Shown here in pieces: positions 6,308 through 9,075 of a stretch of DNA of 9,075 nt (positions within the stretch are counted from its first letter, which is position 1; every line of letters starts with the position of its first letter). Position numbers and translations under genes: made by a program. The stretch lies in IMG/VR virus record IMGVR_UViG_2698536649_000010. The stretch is one strand, 5' to 3'. A model generated the notes under the pieces. That model made no database searches. It was not told the DNA's origin and saw nothing but the letters and a program-made list of their open reading frames with translations. This stretch comes from a virus. Taxonomy: Duplodnaviria; Heunggongvirae; Uroviricota; Caudoviricetes.

Positions 6308-7066
6308 ATGAGGAACATAATGGCAGGTTTTTTAATATTCCTGTCTTCTGCTGCTTATGCTGATATCAATCTGTATGGTCCTGGTGGCCCGCATACAGCC
6401 TTGCTTGATGCAGCCAAACTTTATGCCGAAAAAACAGGTATTATAGTGAACGTTCATTACGGCCCACAGAACAAATGGAATGAAGATGCCAAAAAAAATG
6501 CAGATATCTTGTTTGGCGCATCAGAACAATCTGCTCTGGCTATCATTCGGGACCATAAAGACAGCTTCAGTGAAAAAGATATTCAGCCTCTTTATCTGCG
6601 AAAAAGTATTTTACTGGTAAAGAAAGGTAATCCTAAAAATATCCGGAGTATTGACGACCTGACCAGACCTGGGATTGGCGTAATTGTTAATGATGGTGGT
6701 GGTACCAGTAATACATCAGGCACTGGCGTCTGGGAAGATATTGCCGGACGTAAAGGGAATATAGAAACTGTCGCCGCAATCCGAAAAAATATTATTTTAT
6801 ATGCGCCCAATAGCGGAACTGCACGTAAGGCTCTTGAGAATCAGCCTGGAGCAGATGTCTGGATAACCTGGGCTGACTGGGCAGCCAGTAATCCAGAAAT
6901 TGGTGATGTCGTGGAAATAGCGCCAGACTACGTGATATGGCGTGATATGAACATTACAGTACGTCAGGATGCAAATGATGAAACCCGTCGATTTGCAGAA
7001 TGGCTACAAACCGATGAAGCGGCGCCTGCATTCAAAAAATATGGCTGGACCAGGAAAGGCACTTGA
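6308..7066 (+). CDS. secreted periplasmic substrate-binding protein, ModA-like fold; orphan (no transporter genes adjacent)
   Basis: 252-aa product with N-terminal signal peptide (MRNIMAGFLIFLSSAAYA then DINLYG). Resembles recalled E. coli ModA at several points (ADILFGASEQSA versus ADLFISADQKW; C-terminal RFAEWLQTDEAAPAFKKYGW versus AFYDYLKGPQAAEIFKRYGF). AT-rich codon usage. Confidence 0.8.
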   Translation: MRNIMAGFLIFLSSAAYADINLYGPGGPHTALLDAAKLYAEKTGIIVNVHYGPQNKWNEDAKKNADILFGASEQSALAIIRDHKDSFSEKDIQPLYLRKSILLVKKGNPKNIRSIDDLTRPGIGVIVNDGGGTSNTSGTGVWEDIAGRKGNIETVAAIRKNIILYAPNSGTARKALENQPGADVWITWADWAASNPEIGDVVEIAPDYVIWRDMNITVRQDANDETRRFAEWLQTDEAAPAFKKYGWTRKGT

Positions 7067-7067
7067 C

Positions 7068-7098
7068 ATCCTCGTCCTTCAGGACGTGGATTCTTTTT
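7068..7098 (+). terminator. intrinsic terminator of the binding-protein gene
   Basis: Begins 2 nt after the TGA stop: stem ATCCTCGTCC / GGACGTGGAT (9 of 10 pairs), loop TTCA, followed by TCTTTTTCC. Confidence 0.6.
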
Positions 7099-7220
7099 CC
7101 GGATGCCGCGCCAGCGGCATGTAGGGGCAGCTCACAAAACGGAAAAAATTGTACGCTAAGCCTCGCCAGGTGAACTGAATTCATTCCGATATGGGAATTC
7201 CCATATCGGGCGAAAACGGT

Positions 7221-7249
7221 TTGCTGTAACGGCAGAGTTAAGTAGGATT
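7221..7249 (+). promoter_or_regulatory. candidate promoter of the hok-type mRNA
   Basis: -35 TTGCTG (7221..7226), 17-bp spacer, -10 TAGGAT (7244..7249); predicted start near 7256, giving a 5' end GGUGCUUGAGGCUAUCUGCCUC that resembles the 5' end of plasmid R1 hok mRNA as I recall it. Confidence 0.3.
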
Positions 7250-7302
7250 GCTGCGGGTGCTTGAGGCTATCTGCCTCGGGCATGAACACCAACGGCAGAT
7301 AG

Positions 7303-7353
7303 ATAAAAGCCCCACCCGACTATAAATCGAAGTGAGGCCCCTATATGCTCGTC
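7303..7353 (-). ncRNA. candidate Sok-like antisense RNA
   Basis: Minus-strand hairpin (7309..7339, stem with two G-U pairs) followed by a U-run (7308..7303). Possible promoter on the minus strand: -35 TTGACC (+7383..7388), 17-bp spacer, weak -10 CAATCT (+7360..7365). It is antisense to the hok leader around the mok start, where Sok acts in known hok/sok loci. Confidence 0.3.
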
Positions 7354-7401
7354 ACATATAGATTGCCTCTTACGGACCGAAAGGTCAAGGAGAAGCAGGC
7401 T

Positions 7402-7458
7402 ATGAAGCAGCAAAAGGCGATGTTAAAAGGCGGGGGAGAAATCCCTCGCCACCTCTGA
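7402..7458 (+). pseudogene. hok: truncated hok toxin ORF (18 codons; HokD-like N-terminus, transmembrane segment absent)
   Basis: Encodes MKQQKAMLKGGGEIPRHL then stop. The first 8 residues match recalled HokD/RelF (MKQQKAMLIALIVICLTV...); the hydrophobic helix and C-terminal domain are missing in all three frames before the terminator, implying an internal deletion of roughly 100 to 130 bp. Confidence 0.55.
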
Positions 7459-7490
7459 TGTGTCAGGCATCCTCAACGCACCCGCACTTA

Positions 7491-7516
7491 ACCCGCTTCG
7501 GCGGGTTTTTGTTTTT
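7491..7516 (+). terminator. intrinsic terminator of the hok-type mRNA
   Basis: Stem ACCCGC / GCGGGT with loop TTCG, followed by TTTTTGTTTTT. Confidence 0.7.
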
Positions 7517-7641
7517 ATTTTCAACGCGTTTGAAGTTCCGGACGGCGCCGGAATAGAATCAAAAATACTTAAGTAGCGCGCAGGGAGAAGAGGGATGGAC
7601 CCCGAACAGGGGAGTGCTATTTATCTGGAAGGATTCTGTTG

Positions 7642-7899
7642 ATGAGAATCGAAGAATTACGTGAAATTTTTAGTGAAGATGGCCTCTATACTGTGCGCGT
7701 TGAGAAGGGCGCTATTGTCAGCCACTGCCGTATTAAATGTTTACAGTCTCAACAAAGGAAGAGTGGAGCTGCGTTAATTCATTTTGTGGATGGGCTTGTG
7801 ACGGATGGTTTTATTTTGCGTGCAAATGAATTTGTCACATCGTTGCCGTCTCTGAAAGAAGCTGGGATTAAGGCTGGTTTTTCTGCTTTTGAAGATTAG
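7642..7899 (+). CDS. hypothetical 85-aa protein
   Basis: ATG at 7642 (the ORF track begins one codon earlier at TTG 7639) with GGAAGGA SD upstream; possible promoter TTGAAG-18-TAGAAT at 7530..7559. No homolog recognised; it occupies roughly the position of rem in K-12 Qin. Confidence 0.5.
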   Translation: MRIEELREIFSEDGLYTVRVEKGAIVSHCRIKCLQSQQRKSGAALIHFVDGLVTDGFILRANEFVTSLPSLKEAGIKAGFSAFED

Positions 7900-7968
7900 T
7901 GAATTCATCTACAATTCAGCGCAGGGCTGAACCCCTGTTGAGTAACACTGTGCCACCGGAGAAAGCCG

Positions 7969-8247
7969 ATGGCGCAAAATTCCAGACTACACAATTCTGA
8001 TAATTCAGCCGTCTTTGCCAGCAGGCACGGGCGGCGTTCTCATGCATTCAAATCTGACTGGTTCCGGCACGCCCCATGCACTGAAGAACAGGCCGAATGG
8101 CTGATTCAGAACTACCGCAGACGTGGGTATGAGTTTAGGAAAGCCCTCAGCCTCGATTATCGTCACTGGATAATCTACGTCAGGCTGCCGTACTCCGAGC
8201 GCCCACCGCGTCCGTCCCGCACATTCCAGCAACGCATCTGGAGGTAA
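7969..8247 (+). CDS. hypothetical 92-aa basic protein
   Basis: ATG at 7969 with GGAG SD 7 nt upstream; its stop TAA (8245..8247) abuts the GTG start of the next gene, suggesting translational coupling. No homolog recognised. Confidence 0.5.
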   Translation: MAQNSRLHNSDNSAVFASRHGRRSHAFKSDWFRHAPCTEEQAEWLIQNYRRRGYEFRKALSLDYRHWIIYVRLPYSERPPRPSRTFQQRIWR

Positions 8248-8248
8248 C

Positions 8249-9075
8249 GTGCGGGTATTACTTCGACCTGTTCCGGTACCGGAACTTGGGTTGGTGGTCC
8301 TTAAACCAGGCCGTGAATCCATGCAGGTATTCCATAACCCTCGAGTGCTTGTGGAGCCGGAGCCGAAAAGCATGCGCGGTCTGCCGTCCGGCATCGTCCC
8401 TGCCGTTCGCCAGCCGCTGGCGGAGGATAAATCATTACTGCCGTTTTTCAGCAATGAGCGTGTGATTCGTGCTGTTGGTGGCGCTGGTGCACTGTCTGAC
8501 TGGCTGTTGCGTCATGTCAAATCCTGCCAGTGGCCTCATGGTGACTATCATCACAGTGAAACCGTTATTCACCGTTATGGTACCGGCGCAATGGTGTTGT
8601 GCTGGCACTGCGACAACCAGCTGCGTGACCAGACATCCGAATCACTCGAGCAACTTGCTCATCAAAACCTGTCAGCATGGATGATTGACGTCATCGGTCA
8701 CGCAATAAGCGGTACGCAGGAGCGTGAATTATCTCTGGCTGAATTATCCTGGTGGGCGGTCCGCAATCAGGTGGCGGACGCGCTACCGGAAGCGGTATTA
8801 CGTCGTTCGCTGGGGTTGCGTGCGGAAAAAATCCGCTCAATGTACCGTGAAAGCGACATCGTACCGGGAGAGCAGACCGCCACCATCATACTGAAGCAGC
8901 GCACAAAAAATCTTGCGCCGCTGCCTCACGCCCACCAGCAAAACCCACCACAGGAAAAGACGGTGGTCAGCATTGCCGTTGATCCGGAGTCTCCGGAATC
9001 CTTCATGAAACGACCTAAACGTCGCCGCTGGGTAAATGAGAAATACACACGCTGGGTAAAGACACAGCCGTGTGC
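8249..9075 (+). CDS. DUF968 / YdfU-like nin-region protein, 3'-partial (runs off the window)
   Basis: GTG at 8249 with GGAGG SD (8240..8244); the frame is open to the end of the window (275 codons), which is why it is absent from the complete-ORF track. Cys/His-rich motif HVKSCQWPHGDYHH...LCWHCDN. Family assignment is from memory of Qin YdfU and is tentative. Confidence 0.6.
   Translation, partial: MRVLLRPVPVPELGLVVLKPGRESMQVFHNPRVLVEPEPKSMRGLPSGIVPAVRQPLAEDKSLLPFFSNERVIRAVGGAGALSDWLLRHVKSCQWPHGDYHHSETVIHRYGTGAMVLCWHCDNQLRDQTSESLEQLAHQNLSAWMIDVIGHAISGTQERELSLAELSWWAVRNQVADALPEAVLRRSLGLRAEKIRSMYRESDIVPGEQTATIILKQRTKNLAPLPHAHQQNPPQEKTVVSIAVDPESPESFMKRPKRRRWVNEKYTRWVKTQPC

Larger units (their letters stand above)
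7256..7516 (+). other. hok/sok-family toxin mRNA locus with intact RNA control elements and a truncated toxin ORF
   Basis: 5' hairpin GAGGC-TATCT-GCCTC (7263..7277); 5' segment 7252..7266 is complementary to 3' segment 7471..7486 (15 pairs with one bulge), the fold-back arrangement typical of hok mRNAs; upstream mok-like ATG at 7345 in frame with the hok ATG; intrinsic terminator at 7491..7516. Confidence 0.6.

Noticed and set aside
6592-6810. 72-aa minus-strand ORF
   Set aside because: Entirely antisense within the binding-protein gene.
7100-7121. Hairpin ATGCCGC-GCCA-GCGGCAT as a second terminator
   Set aside because: No U-run follows on either strand; probably just a stable stem downstream of the true terminator.
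7032-7292. 86-aa minus-strand ORF
   Set aside because: Spans the binding-protein terminator, the 24-bp palindrome and the hok promoter; no RBS; reads through structured RNA elements.
8005-8684. 149-aa minus-strand ORF (8005..8454) and 71-aa + strand ORF (8469..8684)
   Set aside because: Both overlap the 92-aa gene or the long GTG-initiated YdfU-like frame, which has an SD and a Cys/His motif; treated as shadow ORFs.
1-9075. tRNA genes, CRISPR array, integrase or IS/transposase
   Set aside because: No cloverleaf-like structures, no regularly spaced direct repeats with unique spacers, and no integrase or transposase-like ORFs were seen; the iteron array is too short and irregular to be a CRISPR array.

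Overview
This window is the early region of a lambdoid (Qin/Kim-type) cryptic prophage of an enterobacterium. All calls are from reading the sequence and recalled protein/RNA sequences; no searches were run. Left to right: (1) the distal end of a leftward dicB-type operon on the minus strand, with a DicF sRNA homolog at 84..139 and dicB itself probably just outside the window; (2) operon cargo genes I cannot identify (135 aa, 72 aa YdfC-sized, 118 aa) plus a convergent 77-aa ORF; (3) a DicA (cI-like) / DicC (Cro-like) immunity switch with a repeated TTAG-N6-CTAA operator motif; (4) a rightward replication module: YdaT-like protein, a winged-helix initiator with phased iteron-like repeats, a DnaT-C-terminal-like ORF that appears to be the frameshifted C-terminal half of that initiator, a lambda-P-like helicase loader, and a double winged-helix protein interrupted by an in-frame amber codon; (5) a decayed fimbrial-subunit-like remnant; (6) an AT-rich moron encoding an orphan ModA-like periplasmic binding protein with its own terminator; (7) a hok/sok-family locus whose RNA architecture is intact but whose hok ORF is cut to 18 codons; (8) two small unknown genes and the 5' part of a DUF968/YdfU-like nin-region gene running off the right edge. 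No tRNA, CRISPR array, integrase or IS element was seen. Several independent inactivating lesions suggest a decaying prophage, though homopolymer sequencing error cannot be excluded for the frameshift. I could not pin a single clearly novel system; the best candidates are the unidentified operon cargo at 473..1761 and the orphan binding-protein moron.
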